Shown here in pieces: positions 29,573 through 40,001 of a stretch of DNA of 64,000 nucleotides. Source of the DNA: Alphaproteobacteria bacterium (lineage in GTDB: Bacteria > Pseudomonadota > Alphaproteobacteria > RF32 > CAG-239); NCBI GenBank assembly GCA_045611785.1, contig JAZKXV010000026.1:20382-84381 (forward strand), in the 5' to 3' direction. A model generated the notes under the pieces. The model was not told where the DNA came from, searched no databases, and saw only the letters and a program-made list of their open reading frames with translations. The position numbers and the translations under genes are program-made. Position 1 is the stretch's first letter, and each line of letters starts with the position of its first letter.

Positions 29573-29631
29573 AGCACAAAAAAAAAGGAAGTAATTTTAC
29601 AAAACCACTTCCTTTTTTAAGGCTGTTTTAT

Positions 29632-30609
29632 CTACAATATATTTATTTTTCCATCAACAGTAATTTCTGCCTCACCACCTAATGGAATGGTTGCAATAGG
29701 TGTTGTATGACCCATATCAATATTGGCAATTATAGGCATATCTTTAAGCTCAGGTTTGTTCTTTAATATAAACTCTAATTTTTCACGAGTAACCTTTGAG
29801 GCTTTTTGGAAACGTCCGATTACCAAACCTTTAACATTTTTAAAATCATCCTGATTGATTAAGGCCTGCAAATTTCGTTCAAATGTCAACAAATCTGACA
29901 TTTCATCATCTTCTAAAAACAATATTGTATCTTCATTAAAGCTAGGACGATATTGTGTTCCCATATGCAAAATAAAAGTGCATAAATTTCCACCAATTAT
30001 TGTACCTTTTGCTGCTCCTTTTTGAAGATGCCACCAACCTTCATTTTCAATAAAAGTTCTATTTTCTTGGTCCAAAAACCACATCTCATCACTCCATTCT
30101 TTTGATGCTTTAAGCTCTTGAGAGTGTCCTTCAAAAAGAGTTTTAACCATATTTTCTAATGTATACTCAATTCCTTTTAACATACCTAAGGAACTATAAT
30201 GAGGTCCATAATATGTAACCAAACCTGTTTTAGCATAAATAGCCGTATGCAAAGCGGTTATATCTGAAAAGCCCATAAATATTTTAGGATTATTTCTGAT
30301 TAAGTCATAATCTAAGTGTTTAATAAGTTGGTTAGAATTAAAACCACCAATTACTGTCAAAACAGCTTTTACAGATTTATCGGCAAAAGCACTATGAATG
30401 TCATCAACACGTTTTTTTATATCTGTAGAAATTGTTAAATCGCAATTTTCATCTATTGTATTAGGCGCAAAGACAACTTTTAAGCCTAAGTTTTTAAGTC
30501 TTTCCTCAGCAATTTGTCTGCAGTCTGCACCAATAAGTTTCAAACTTCTTGATGGCGCAATAATCATCACTTTATCGCCTTTTTTTAGCCTTTGAGGTAT
30601 AATCGCCAT
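29632..30609 (-). CDS. S66 peptidase (LD-carboxypeptidase/MccF-like)
   Basis: IAPS, GGFNSN, GFSDITAL, GGNL, FLED, DMGHTTP. Confidence 0.9.
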   Translation of the reverse strand: MAIIPQRLKKGDKVMIIAPSRSLKLIGADCRQIAEERLKNLGLKVVFAPNTIDENCDLTISTDIKKRVDDIHSAFADKSVKAVLTVIGGFNSNQLIKHLDYDLIRNNPKIFMGFSDITALHTAIYAKTGLVTYYGPHYSSLGMLKGIEYTLENMVKTLFEGHSQELKASKEWSDEMWFLDQENRTFIENEGWWHLQKGAAKGTIIGGNLCTFILHMGTQYRPSFNEDTILFLEDDEMSDLLTFERNLQALINQDDFKNVKGLVIGRFQKASKVTREKLEFILKNKPELKDMPIIANIDMGHTTPIATIPLGGEAEITVDGKINIL

Positions 30610-30628
30610 TTTAATATTCTCCTTAATT

Positions 30629-32287
30629 TTATTGTTCTTGATATATGTGTAAAAACGTTACAGGTTTTATATCTGTTGCTTTTAAAACTCTTTTTCTGAT
30701 ATGCCCTTTAATAAAATCTGTCACTTGAGAATTTATACATTTACATTCTTTAAGTTTTGTATTTATTAAAGGAATAACGATTTCTTTAATTTCTTCAACC
30801 AAATTGTTCCAATCTGCTTCTTCCAAAATATCAATAGAAGAAACCTGCAAATCTTTTAACTCTAAACTCTGTGAAACAACAGCGCTGATAAACATTGAAC
30901 AATTATATGCTATACGGCGTCTGTTTTGAACCAGCTCAGAATTAAGTGAAACACTGCGACCTCTGTCCACTCCGATAACATCTGAAATTGTTTCTTCAAT
31001 TTTAGCAATTTTGCCATCAGAAAGTAAAAATATATCGCCATTTTTACCGGAACAAACATCTTGAACACCGCATGATAAAGCAAATCGTTTATGTTCTCTG
31101 ATAAAACGTTTATCACCATGAACCGGAAAAACAATTTTTGGTTTCAAAATTTCATACATTTGTCTTAGTTCTTCTTTTGAAGCATGACCTGAAGTATGTA
31201 CCAAGTCTGTTTCTTCAGTAATAATTTTAACACCTTTAATTGCCATTTGCTCTTGCATTCTTTCAATTTTATCTTCATTTCCCGGAATAATTTTTGAAGA
31301 AAAAATTATAGTATCATCTTTACTTAAACTAACATACTTGCTTTCACCCTTAGCAATTTGGCTTAAAGCACTGCGATAATTCGCTTGTGAACCAGTACAA
31401 ATATACATTGCTTTATCTGATGTAATATCTTTTGCTTCATCTGCACTGTAAGTATTCGGCATATCCTTAAAATATCCGCATTCTTTTGCTATCTTCATAT
31501 TTGTAAGCAATGTTTTGCCCATTAAAATCGGTGTTCTTTGTGCAAGGTCTGCCGCAATAATCAAACTCTCCAAACGCATTAAGTTAGAGGCAAAACAAGT
31601 TACTATCAAACCTCCCTTAATTTGCGGAATAAGGGTACATAAACTTTGACGCACATCATATTCAGAACATTGATTTTCATCAATTGATACGTTTGTTGAA
31701 TCGCAAACAAATAAATCTATACCCTCTTTGGCAATTTGCTTTAACTTATCTATCGGACTTTTTAGCATTTCGGTTTTTGCATCATCAAAACGCCAATCTG
31801 TAGCATGAAAAATATTTTGATATTCTGTTTTAATAAACAATCCGCAAGTTTGAGGCACCGAATGCACTAATGATACAAACTCAACCTCAAATTCTTTGAG
31901 CTTAACGTTCATAGTTTCATTAACGCATATAAGTTCGACCTCATTTTCCATTTTATATTCTTTAAGTCTTTCTGTAATTAAGGCTAAAGCAAAATCCGTA
32001 CCATAAACCGGACACCTTAAACATGGCCATATATGAGCAATTGCTCCCATATGATCTTCATGAGCATGAGTAATAAAAATGCCCTCAATATCTTGAGCAT
32101 AATCTTTCAAAAATTCAGGAGAAGCATAGCACATATCCATTCCCGGATAGTCATCATTTAAAAAGCCATAACCTACATCAACTATAATCCATTTTCCGTT
32201 TGATGAATATGCAAACATATTCATGCCAATATCATCAGCACCACCAATCGGAATAAAATAAACTCCTGTTTTTTTAAAGCTTTCCAT
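30629..32287 (-). CDS. rnj: Ribonuclease J
   Basis: GGADDIGMN, THAHEDHMG, HSVP, FASNLMR, HTSGHA, PVHG. Confidence 0.93.
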   Translation of the reverse strand: MESFKKTGVYFIPIGGADDIGMNMFAYSSNGKWIIVDVGYGFLNDDYPGMDMCYASPEFLKDYAQDIEGIFITHAHEDHMGAIAHIWPCLRCPVYGTDFALALITERLKEYKMENEVELICVNETMNVKLKEFEVEFVSLVHSVPQTCGLFIKTEYQNIFHATDWRFDDAKTEMLKSPIDKLKQIAKEGIDLFVCDSTNVSIDENQCSEYDVRQSLCTLIPQIKGGLIVTCFASNLMRLESLIIAADLAQRTPILMGKTLLTNMKIAKECGYFKDMPNTYSADEAKDITSDKAMYICTGSQANYRSALSQIAKGESKYVSLSKDDTIIFSSKIIPGNEDKIERMQEQMAIKGVKIITEETDLVHTSGHASKEELRQMYEILKPKIVFPVHGDKRFIREHKRFALSCGVQDVCSGKNGDIFLLSDGKIAKIEETISDVIGVDRGRSVSLNSELVQNRRRIAYNCSMFISAVVSQSLELKDLQVSSIDILEEADWNNLVEEIKEIVIPLINTKLKECKCINSQVTDFIKGHIRKRVLKATDIKPVTFLHIYQEQ

Positions 32288-32290
32288 CCT

Positions 32291-33013
32291 TTAACTTTCT
32301 TTTACAAATAAATCGCCGACTAAAATTTTTTTTATTTCTTCATTTGTTTTTAAAACCATGGCACCATTATCATCAATAGTTAAAAAAATTCCATCTATTG
32401 TTTGTTTTTCTTGTTTTATTAAAACAGCATTACCCAGATTATACGCATTGTCAAGCCATGTTTGCTTAATCTGACTAAATCCGCTTGTTTGATAGTGTTC
32501 TAAAAGTTTATCTAAAACATTAGTTAGATGCTCTAACACGCTCAACCTGTCGATATAAATTCCTAAATTGTGTAAACTTGTCGCGTTGTATTTTATATCA
32601 ACAAGTTCAGGATTTGAAACAATATTTATACCAACACCCATAACCCAAAAATTATCATCTGCTTTTTCAAACAATATTCCGGAAATTTTTTCACCATTAA
32701 CCAAAACATCATTTGGCCACTTAACTTCTATCTTAGCATCTTTAATAAAATGGCTGATTGTTTTTAACACCGCAACAGCACTTAATATAACCATGTGGCA
32801 CAACTCATTTGCTTTAATTTCAAAAGCAAATGATGCAAACAAATTTCCCTTTTGGCTCACCCAAGAATTACCTCTTCTGCCTCGTCCGCCGGTTTGTTCT
32901 AGAGCCGATACAATACATGGTTGCTTTAATTTAGCAACTAATGATTTGGCATCATCATTAGTGCTTACAACATTTAAATTATCTTGCCATATCCAATTTT
33001 TTATTTGTTTCAT
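32291..33013 (-). CDS. birA: Biotin--protein ligase (group I, no HTH)
   Basis: STNDDA, QTGGRGRRGNSWVS, KWPNDVLVNGEKISGIL, GVGIN. Confidence 0.95.
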   Translation of the reverse strand: MKQIKNWIWQDNLNVVSTNDDAKSLVAKLKQPCIVSALEQTGGRGRRGNSWVSQKGNLFASFAFEIKANELCHMVILSAVAVLKTISHFIKDAKIEVKWPNDVLVNGEKISGILFEKADDNFWVMGVGINIVSNPELVDIKYNATSLHNLGIYIDRLSVLEHLTNVLDKLLEHYQTSGFSQIKQTWLDNAYNLGNAVLIKQEKQTIDGIFLTIDDNGAMVLKTNEEIKKILVGDLFVKES

Positions 33014-34422
33014 TATTTTAACACCAAATTTAATATTACCGGAGCATCATATAACAAAAACTCAGGCTTAAACATTAACATTACCATTAAAATCATATTT
33101 ATGAGCAAATAAACATATACACCATAATCAGGCCTATTAAAATCTACCTCACGATTATTAAAATACATTGACCGGATAATTTGCAAATATGCAGCCATTA
33201 CAATTATCAAGCAAACTAAAGAAATAAACATAATGATGTAAGCCTGATTTTCCACAAAAGTTTCTAGAGCTGATAATTGACCGATAAATCCGGAAAAAGG
33301 AGAAATTCCCATCAAAGATATCATAAAAAACAGCATCGCAGCCGAAACAAAAGGTCTTACTTTTGCAATTCCGTTAATCATGTTTAAGTTTGCTAAATAA
33401 ACACCATTACTCTTAAAGCTATAAAATGAAGTATAAACACCAAAAAGTGATAAAATATAAACTTGTAAATAGATAAATCCTCCTAATAATTTGGAAGCTG
33501 TAAACGGAGAAATAAGCAACAATAACATACCTAAATTATAAATTCCGCTATATGCAAATATTTTTCTTAAATTTCTACTTGCGTTGGCTCCTATAGCTCC
33601 AACAATTAAAGAAAACACTCCAAAAAACAAATACACTAAGTTTAATTCTGAAGCTAAGGGAATAAACACAATTGTATTTAATTTCATAAATGCAGCAAAT
33701 AAGGCAAATACAGGAACTAAATTAAAATATGCTGCAACCGGCAATATAGATGGTGAAACAATATCCGCAAAACAAAAATGCAAAGGAGCAACTCCCAATA
33801 AGAACAACATAAAGAACAATATTGCACCGACAATAAACATTGCAATATTGATATTTTCACTACCTAAAAATTCGGCAGTTGCTTTATAGTGCCAGTTTTC
33901 TATTGATAAACACACAAGTGAGAGAATTAACAACACACTAAAAATCAGAGCCATTACTAAATATCTTTTGCTTACATTATGAAGTTCTTCACTTTGTTGG
34001 CTAAATTTCAGCAAACTGTAATTTACAAATGATAACAAAATTAAACCACCGCATAAAACTCCAAGGTTTATTGTTTTTATGATTAAACTAAAGCTAAACA
34101 TCGCTAATAATGATAATATGCAAAAATACAATGGATCTACATCTTCTGAAACAAACCATTTAACAGATAACGAAAGCCAAGCAAACATAACCAATGCACT
34201 CAATATATAAAACAGTACGGTATAAGAATTTGCTTCAAAAACATCGGTAAAAACAGCTTTATTATAAAACAACACTGAAAAAAGTGCACTTATAATCACT
34301 ACAATTTTTGTAATTTTAAAATAACTTCTGACTGATGTTGTAAAAAATTTATACAACATCAAAGCCAAAACACCTAACAGTAAAGAAACTTCTGAAAATA
34401 AATATAAAACATTTTCTATCAT
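33013..34422 (-). CDS. nuoN: Divergent NADH-quinone oxidoreductase subunit N-like antiporter-fold protein
   Basis: ~14 TM, APLHF, RKIFAYSGI, SLMGISPFSGF; position before birA-rnj as in alphaproteobacterial nuo operons. Confidence 0.8.
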   Translation of the reverse strand: MIENVLYLFSEVSLLLGVLALMLYKFFTTSVRSYFKITKIVVIISALFSVLFYNKAVFTDVFEANSYTVLFYILSALVMFAWLSLSVKWFVSEDVDPLYFCILSLLAMFSFSLIIKTINLGVLCGGLILLSFVNYSLLKFSQQSEELHNVSKRYLVMALIFSVLLILSLVCLSIENWHYKATAEFLGSENINIAMFIVGAILFFMLFLLGVAPLHFCFADIVSPSILPVAAYFNLVPVFALFAAFMKLNTIVFIPLASELNLVYLFFGVFSLIVGAIGANASRNLRKIFAYSGIYNLGMLLLLISPFTASKLLGGFIYLQVYILSLFGVYTSFYSFKSNGVYLANLNMINGIAKVRPFVSAAMLFFMISLMGISPFSGFIGQLSALETFVENQAYIIMFISLVCLIIVMAAYLQIIRSMYFNNREVDFNRPDYGVYVYLLINMILMVMLMFKPEFLLYDAPVILNLVLK

Positions 34423-34434
34423 ATCATTTTCCTA

Positions 34435-35850
34435 TCAATATGCAAACCATAGAGGTTTGAACAAGGATAAAAACAAAATACACATTACAACAAGACATAT
34501 CACAAACTCAGTTGTATCAATGTCATAAAGTTTATCTTTGCTGTTTATCGGACAACTGTCATCTTTTAATGAATATAAAGTTTGCAACAAGGTAACAGAT
34601 GCCAATACTAGCGTAATTATTATGGCTGTTCCCATGTACAAGCTCACATTAAAAATTTCTGATATTATAATAAAATTATTCCAAAAAAGCGCCGATACCG
34701 GCAAACCAATTATAGCTAAAACCAACATAGAATATGAAAGAGATGCTTTAGGTAATAAGCACAAAATTCCTGTAACGCTGCCATATAGCTTATCACTCTC
34801 TGTTTCAATATGCGTAACAAGCATTGTTAATGCTGAAACTACCAAAATAAATGCAAATAAAGAATATGAAATATTATCAACTAAAATATCTGTAGGTAAA
34901 AACACTCCTATTAAATATAGCAAATAATATACCAAAGTATATGCAAAAAACTTTTCTTTTGCCGAACTGTTAGAATATCCGCTGAAAGCAATAAACAACA
35001 TTGTAATTATACAGAAAACTTCAAAAATTGGAGCTAAAGATGAAATTTCATCAGGAATATTAGCTGGCCAAAACCGCATAAATCCATATAAACCAACGAC
35101 CGGTATCAAATTAACTTCTATATATGAGAGTGAATTTTTCATTGAATTTATAATAGAGGTTATCCAATAATGAAACGGCCATACAGGTATACGAGATATA
35201 AAAGCTAAAAATATAGCACTCCAAATCCAAATACCATACCGGCTGTCTAATTCCACAGTTGAAATCTGATTAATTTCCACACTATTACCGACCAATGCAT
35301 ATAAAGTAACCACAGCACTTAAAAATAAAAAAGCACCTATAAAATTATATAAAAAGAATCGGGAAATAATTTTATATTTCTTTCCATCGCTAATGATTCC
35401 TGTTTGCATATATAAAGGAATTATCATCAACACAAAGAACGTATAAAATGAAAAAATATCTACTGATGAAAAATAAGCATTAATTGAAAACAAAAAACAC
35501 ATAGCAAAAAACAACACAGGCTTCTGAGATGTTCTCTGATGCTTTACCTCAAAAACACCTATAAGCATTGCAAGATGTACAGCCAAAATTAACATCAGCG
35601 ATGTAACATCAACTCCGAACACCAAACTTACTCTGGGCAAAATAGGCCAAACAAACGAACTGACTGCTTGTATTTCATTACTATGAACATCAATATCTGC
35701 AAACAACCTTAAAATAAGGAAAATATTGCTCAAAATAGTAAAAATTGCAACATTTACTGAGTTTGTATAATTCCCATTATGAGAAGATATAACAAACAAT
35801 CCGCCGATTAATGGTAAACATATAATAACCAACAACAAAATTTCAGCCAT
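34435..35850 (-). CDS. nuoM: Divergent NuoM-like protein
   Basis: GVDVTS, IPVWPFHYW, LYGFMRF, IGLP. Confidence 0.8.
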   Translation of the reverse strand: MAEILLLVIICLPLIGGLFVISSHNGNYTNSVNVAIFTILSNIFLILRLFADIDVHSNEIQAVSSFVWPILPRVSLVFGVDVTSLMLILAVHLAMLIGVFEVKHQRTSQKPVLFFAMCFLFSINAYFSSVDIFSFYTFFVLMIIPLYMQTGIISDGKKYKIISRFFLYNFIGAFLFLSAVVTLYALVGNSVEINQISTVELDSRYGIWIWSAIFLAFISRIPVWPFHYWITSIINSMKNSLSYIEVNLIPVVGLYGFMRFWPANIPDEISSLAPIFEVFCIITMLFIAFSGYSNSSAKEKFFAYTLVYYLLYLIGVFLPTDILVDNISYSLFAFILVVSALTMLVTHIETESDKLYGSVTGILCLLPKASLSYSMLVLAIIGLPVSALFWNNFIIISEIFNVSLYMGTAIIITLVLASVTLLQTLYSLKDDSCPINSKDKLYDIDTTEFVICLVVMCILFLSLFKPLWFAY

Positions 35851-37520
35851 TACTTATTTTCCTTTATAAAACACCATATCAACACTGCTACAGCCAAAAT
35901 AAAATTAAAGAAATAATATGTTTTCCAGTGTCTTACAGATTTTCTAAAAACACGAATAGTAAAAGCATTTATTGATGACAACATTGCCGTTAGCGTTTTT
36001 TCAATAAATATGAAATCGAACAAAACCGTAAGCAACCTGCCCATAATTTTCACCGGCCTCACTATTATTATATCATAAACATGTGCAGAAAAATCTATCT
36101 TTTGCAATTTTGTATTCAAATAAGAATTTTGATATATAAATCTAAGCGGATATAATTTAATAAGTATTAAATATATAGCACAAAATACTAAAGAACTTAT
36201 CCAAAATGTTTTACACTTGCCTATCTCAAAAGATGCTATTGTTATACAAAGTAGCAAAACGACAAACGGCGAATAACTTAATACGGGCATCTTGGTCTGA
36301 TGTCGTGTAATGACAAATAATTGTGAATAAAGATGCGATGATGCCACTACAAACAATACCGTAAAAAGATAAATCCAATATTGATCATTATTATTAATTT
36401 TTGCAATTTGCGATAAAAATGCCAAGCTTACCAAGACATATGCAAAAACATCAAAATTAAGCAATGATCTGTTTACATATTTATTAGAATCGATTAAGTG
36501 CAAATTATTTTCCCGGTTCACACTATAGTGTGCATAATATAAACACAGATTGATGCAAAAACCAAAAATAAGCATTAAAGAAAAATGTGCACCCCATATA
36601 AAGTCTGCATTTTGGACACTTTTAACCAATAATGCTATAATCAACATATTAAGATAAACAGTTTTTTCCTTTAAGTTATTAATTACGATTGTACCAATAG
36701 CACCCCATACCATAGTTAAAACAACCGCAATGTTTAAGCACATATCAAATGATGGTGAAACCACTAATAACGGATAAAACTTCATAAATAAGATAAGAGC
36801 CACCATAGGAGTCGATAAATACGGAATTAAAATAAGCCTATGAAATTTAGTGTTTTTCAAATCTAATAAATAACTTTGAAAAAGGAAAAAACCAAATTTT
36901 ATGAACAAGCTTATTATTATCACAAACATTATAAAATCACGATGTCGTCCGGTTTCATAATAATGCACCATATTTGTTACTTCCAGTGTTTCTAACTTAC
37001 CTTTCAGCATTGCCATAACCAGAAACAACCCCATATCGGCAATCAAATTATATATACTATAACGCCGGCTTGCATAAATATCTTTAATAAGCAACTGGCT
37101 TAAAATATCTGTTACAAACACAAATGTGATAATCTGAAGCAAATTATTTCCGGTTATTAACATAATAAGGCTTAACAAGTTTAACACCAAAATAGCGGAA
37201 AAACTTTTTTTGTTTTGTTCGTATCTAAAAAACAAGTTATTCACAAGCGCCAATATCGTAATAACAAAAAACGGAAATATAAGACGATAGTTATTAACAG
37301 ATGAAACTATATCAATTTTTATATCGCCACTACGAGAACTATCCCATACCAATGTAGTAATTGCTTCTGCTCCGATTCGCATATCTAAGCAAAAAAAGTA
37401 AAAAACAGCCACGGTTGCAGCGGTAATTAAGGGAGCCGCAATTCTATCTAATCTATGCTTAAACCTTATAAGAGATAAAATTCCTATAAAAAGCAAATAA
37501 GAAACCGTATTAACCAGCAT
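35850..37520 (-). CDS. nuoL: Divergent NuoL-like protein
   Basis: NNLLQI, NLIADMG, YLSTPMVAL, C-terminal YD..IVRP..FDFIFIE amphipathic segment. Confidence 0.75.
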   Translation of the reverse strand: MLVNTVSYLLFIGILSLIRFKHRLDRIAAPLITAATVAVFYFFCLDMRIGAEAITTLVWDSSRSGDIKIDIVSSVNNYRLIFPFFVITILALVNNLFFRYEQNKKSFSAILVLNLLSLIMLITGNNLLQIITFVFVTDILSQLLIKDIYASRRYSIYNLIADMGLFLVMAMLKGKLETLEVTNMVHYYETGRHRDFIMFVIIISLFIKFGFFLFQSYLLDLKNTKFHRLILIPYLSTPMVALILFMKFYPLLVVSPSFDMCLNIAVVLTMVWGAIGTIVINNLKEKTVYLNMLIIALLVKSVQNADFIWGAHFSLMLIFGFCINLCLYYAHYSVNRENNLHLIDSNKYVNRSLLNFDVFAYVLVSLAFLSQIAKINNNDQYWIYLFTVLFVVASSHLYSQLFVITRHQTKMPVLSYSPFVVLLLCITIASFEIGKCKTFWISSLVFCAIYLILIKLYPLRFIYQNSYLNTKLQKIDFSAHVYDIIIVRPVKIMGRLLTVLFDFIFIEKTLTAMLSSINAFTIRVFRKSVRHWKTYYFFNFILAVAVLIWCFIKENK

Positions 37521-37580
37521 ATTTATCCACCAAAAAATTTAAGGGCTCGATAGCCCTTAAAACAACGTATAAACTAAATT

Positions 37581-37898
37581 TTACATAAATGCTTTAACAT
37601 CTTTAACGATTCGCACGGGAACTTTATATTCTCTAACAACATCATCGTCATTAATTTCCACCACCCAAACTTCTGATACAGATTTCAATGGGTTACGTGC
37701 ACCTTCTGCGATATCATCAAAATATACAGCATTTTCTTTGCAACGATATAACAAAGCATATTCTGTTCCATCATAAACAAACAAAGGATTCTCAGGGCCG
37801 CCATTGCGTTGTTGAATAATCATCATTATTTGACCTTTGTCATTTTGTAAAATATCATACCTGCTCTTTTTACCGGTTGATTGAGTATTTTCAGCCAT
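37581..37898 (-). CDS. Hypothetical protein (105 aa)
   Basis: SD gagg, host-like composition. Confidence 0.7.
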   Translation of the reverse strand: MAENTQSTGKKSRYDILQNDKGQIMMIIQQRNGGPENPLFVYDGTEYALLYRCKENAVYFDDIAEGARNPLKSVSEVWVVEINDDDVVREYKVPVRIVKDVKAFM

Positions 37899-38053
37899 AT
37901 TATACCTCTACATAAGATAATTTTATTAATTCATTGAGGAACAATAACACATAATTATTAATAAATAAACACTATTTTCATTTTTTTTAACTTTTTTTAT
38001 TTTTTTAGTTGACATGTAATTTTTTATACTCTATATATCACGTCATTGAGTGA

Positions 38054-38129
38054 GGGCTCGTAGCTCAGTCGGTAGAGCATTTGACTTTTAATCAAAGGGT
38101 CATGGGTTCGAATCCCGTCGGGCTCACCA
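38054..38129 (+). tRNA. tRNA-Lys (TTT)
   Basis: Cloverleaf, anticodon arm tttga-cTTTtaa-tcaaa, GGTTCGAATCC, CCA; promoter and terminator flank it. Confidence 0.97.
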
Positions 38130-38436
38130 ATAAAGTAAGAGGAAGTTTATACTTCCTCTTTTTTTGATTTATACCATTTCTCTAAAGCCTATAAAATATA
38201 TACTTTAGAGAATATCTTGTATTTTAATAATGGTGATTAAACATTTTAAGATTTTATGTATTTTTCTCTTTTTTTTGCTCAAATCTATACTTTTTACCAT
38301 AATTATTTACTATAAAGGTCTCTTTAAAGTATCAAAAAAATAATAACTTATTATTTATTTTTAAATAAAAAAGAGTTGTAAAATAAAATACAAAGAATAT
38401 TATTGAATAATACAAAATATACAAAATGAGAATAGC

Positions 38437-38997
38437 ATGAAAGTACTTTATATTGATTCCTGCATACGAGAACACTCACGAACAAAAACATTAGCTGATT
38501 ATTTAGTTAACAAAATCGGTGGTGATGTTAAAGAGATAGTATTGAGTAAAGAAAAAATATCACCGGTTGACAATGCTTTTTTGCAAAAAAGAGATAAGTT
38601 AATATCGGAGAGCAATTTTAATGATGAAATGTTTTCATACGCCAAAGATTTTGCAGAAGCTGATGTTATTGTTGTTGCTGCGCCTTACTGGGATTTATCT
38701 TTTCCATCAATATTAAAAGTATTTTTTGAGCAAATTAATGTATTAAAATTGGTGTTTGATTATTCTGATAAAGGTGAAATAGTTTCATTATGCAAAGCTA
38801 AAAAGCTTTATTATGTAACAACCAAAGGTGGATATTCTACAGATGATTTTGGGTTTAAGTATATTGAAGCTTTGAGTAAAACATTTTATGCCATAAAAGA
38901 TGTTGTTTTAATTAATGCTGAAGGTTTAGATGTTTATGGTAATAATGTTGAAGATATTTTAAAAAAAGCAAAAGAAAACATAGATAATTTGCTATAA
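38437..38997 (+). CDS. FMN-dependent NADH-azoreductase / flavodoxin-like fold
   Basis: SCIRE.SRT..LA, ADVIVVAAPYWDLSFPSILKVFFE, VTTKGG. Confidence 0.88.
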   Translation: MKVLYIDSCIREHSRTKTLADYLVNKIGGDVKEIVLSKEKISPVDNAFLQKRDKLISESNFNDEMFSYAKDFAEADVIVVAAPYWDLSFPSILKVFFEQINVLKLVFDYSDKGEIVSLCKAKKLYYVTTKGGYSTDDFGFKYIEALSKTFYAIKDVVLINAEGLDVYGNNVEDILKKAKENIDNLL

Positions 38998-39011
38998 TTA
39001 AAAACAAGTAA

Positions 39012-39863
39012 TTATTTAATAAAATCAAAAATAGCTTGATATAACTCGTTTTGATTTTTCTTTGTTGTAAAATTATGTGTGCTTTGCGCAATTTTTACAA
39101 TTCTTGCATTCATTATATCAGCAACTCTTTGAATATCTTTTTCTTCAATCACCCTATCTTTTTCTGCAATAACAAACAATGTAGGCGCTTTAATATTGTG
39201 CGCTAGTTCCAATGCATTGTACGATTTTGCCTCATCTACAATCGTATAAAAAATATTTACGGATTTTTCATCTTGTTTATATTCATAATAGCCCTTTTCT
39301 TTCCATTGTTTACAAAAATCAGGCATTTTTTTCATACACGTATTTTCCCATTGTTTTCCACCAACAACCGGTGCAATAGGAATTAGTAAACTTATATTAT
39401 CATTACTATATGAATACAAAATAGTTGTAGCTGCACCCAGTGAATGTCCAGCAATAGCGAACGGTTCTTGATAAAAAGCTTGCTTTTTTGCCCAGTTCAC
39501 AACAGTTTCTAAATCTTCTAAAAATGTATTTAAGGAAACATTAGACACGTTGCCATAGCTTTTTCCTAAAGAATATCTGGCATCAAAAGTAACAACAGTG
39601 TATCCATTGTCCAAAAAAGCTTTTTTAGCCGATTGTACAACTTGATGATTCATATCAGAAGCTAAGCCATGTAAAATAAAAGCTAATTTGTTACCAGATT
39701 CATTGTATATTTTTACATGTATAGACTGTCCTAGATTGTTTTTTAATATAATATTATGCTCATTGCTTAAGAATGAACAACTAACAAGCACAAATATTAA
39801 AACAAGTAAAAGAATTTTTTTCATATTATACTGTTGCTGGATAAGTATTTTAATAGTAAACAC
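39012..39863 (-). CDS. Alpha/beta hydrolase, probable lipoprotein
   Basis: LVSC lipobox, LHGL, GHSLGA, D...H triad candidates. Confidence 0.85.
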   Translation of the reverse strand: MFTIKILIQQQYNMKKILLLVLIFVLVSCSFLSNEHNIILKNNLGQSIHVKIYNESGNKLAFILHGLASDMNHQVVQSAKKAFLDNGYTVVTFDARYSLGKSYGNVSNVSLNTFLEDLETVVNWAKKQAFYQEPFAIAGHSLGAATTILYSYSNDNISLLIPIAPVVGGKQWENTCMKKMPDFCKQWKEKGYYEYKQDEKSVNIFYTIVDEAKSYNALELAHNIKAPTLFVIAEKDRVIEEKDIQRVADIMNARIVKIAQSTHNFTTKKNQNELYQAIFDFIK

Positions 39864-40001
39864 TTATCGGAAATATCATAAAAATTGGAAAGTATCAAGT
39901 TATTTATTGACTTTAGCTATTATCTGATACGAATATAGATACCAAAAGTATTTTAGGAGCACTCTAATATTTATTATTTCTTATCAACAAAAGGATTATT
40001 T

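Noticed and set aside
33013-37520. Functional respiratory complex I operon
   Set aside because: nuoA-K are not adjacent and key charged residues appear substituted.
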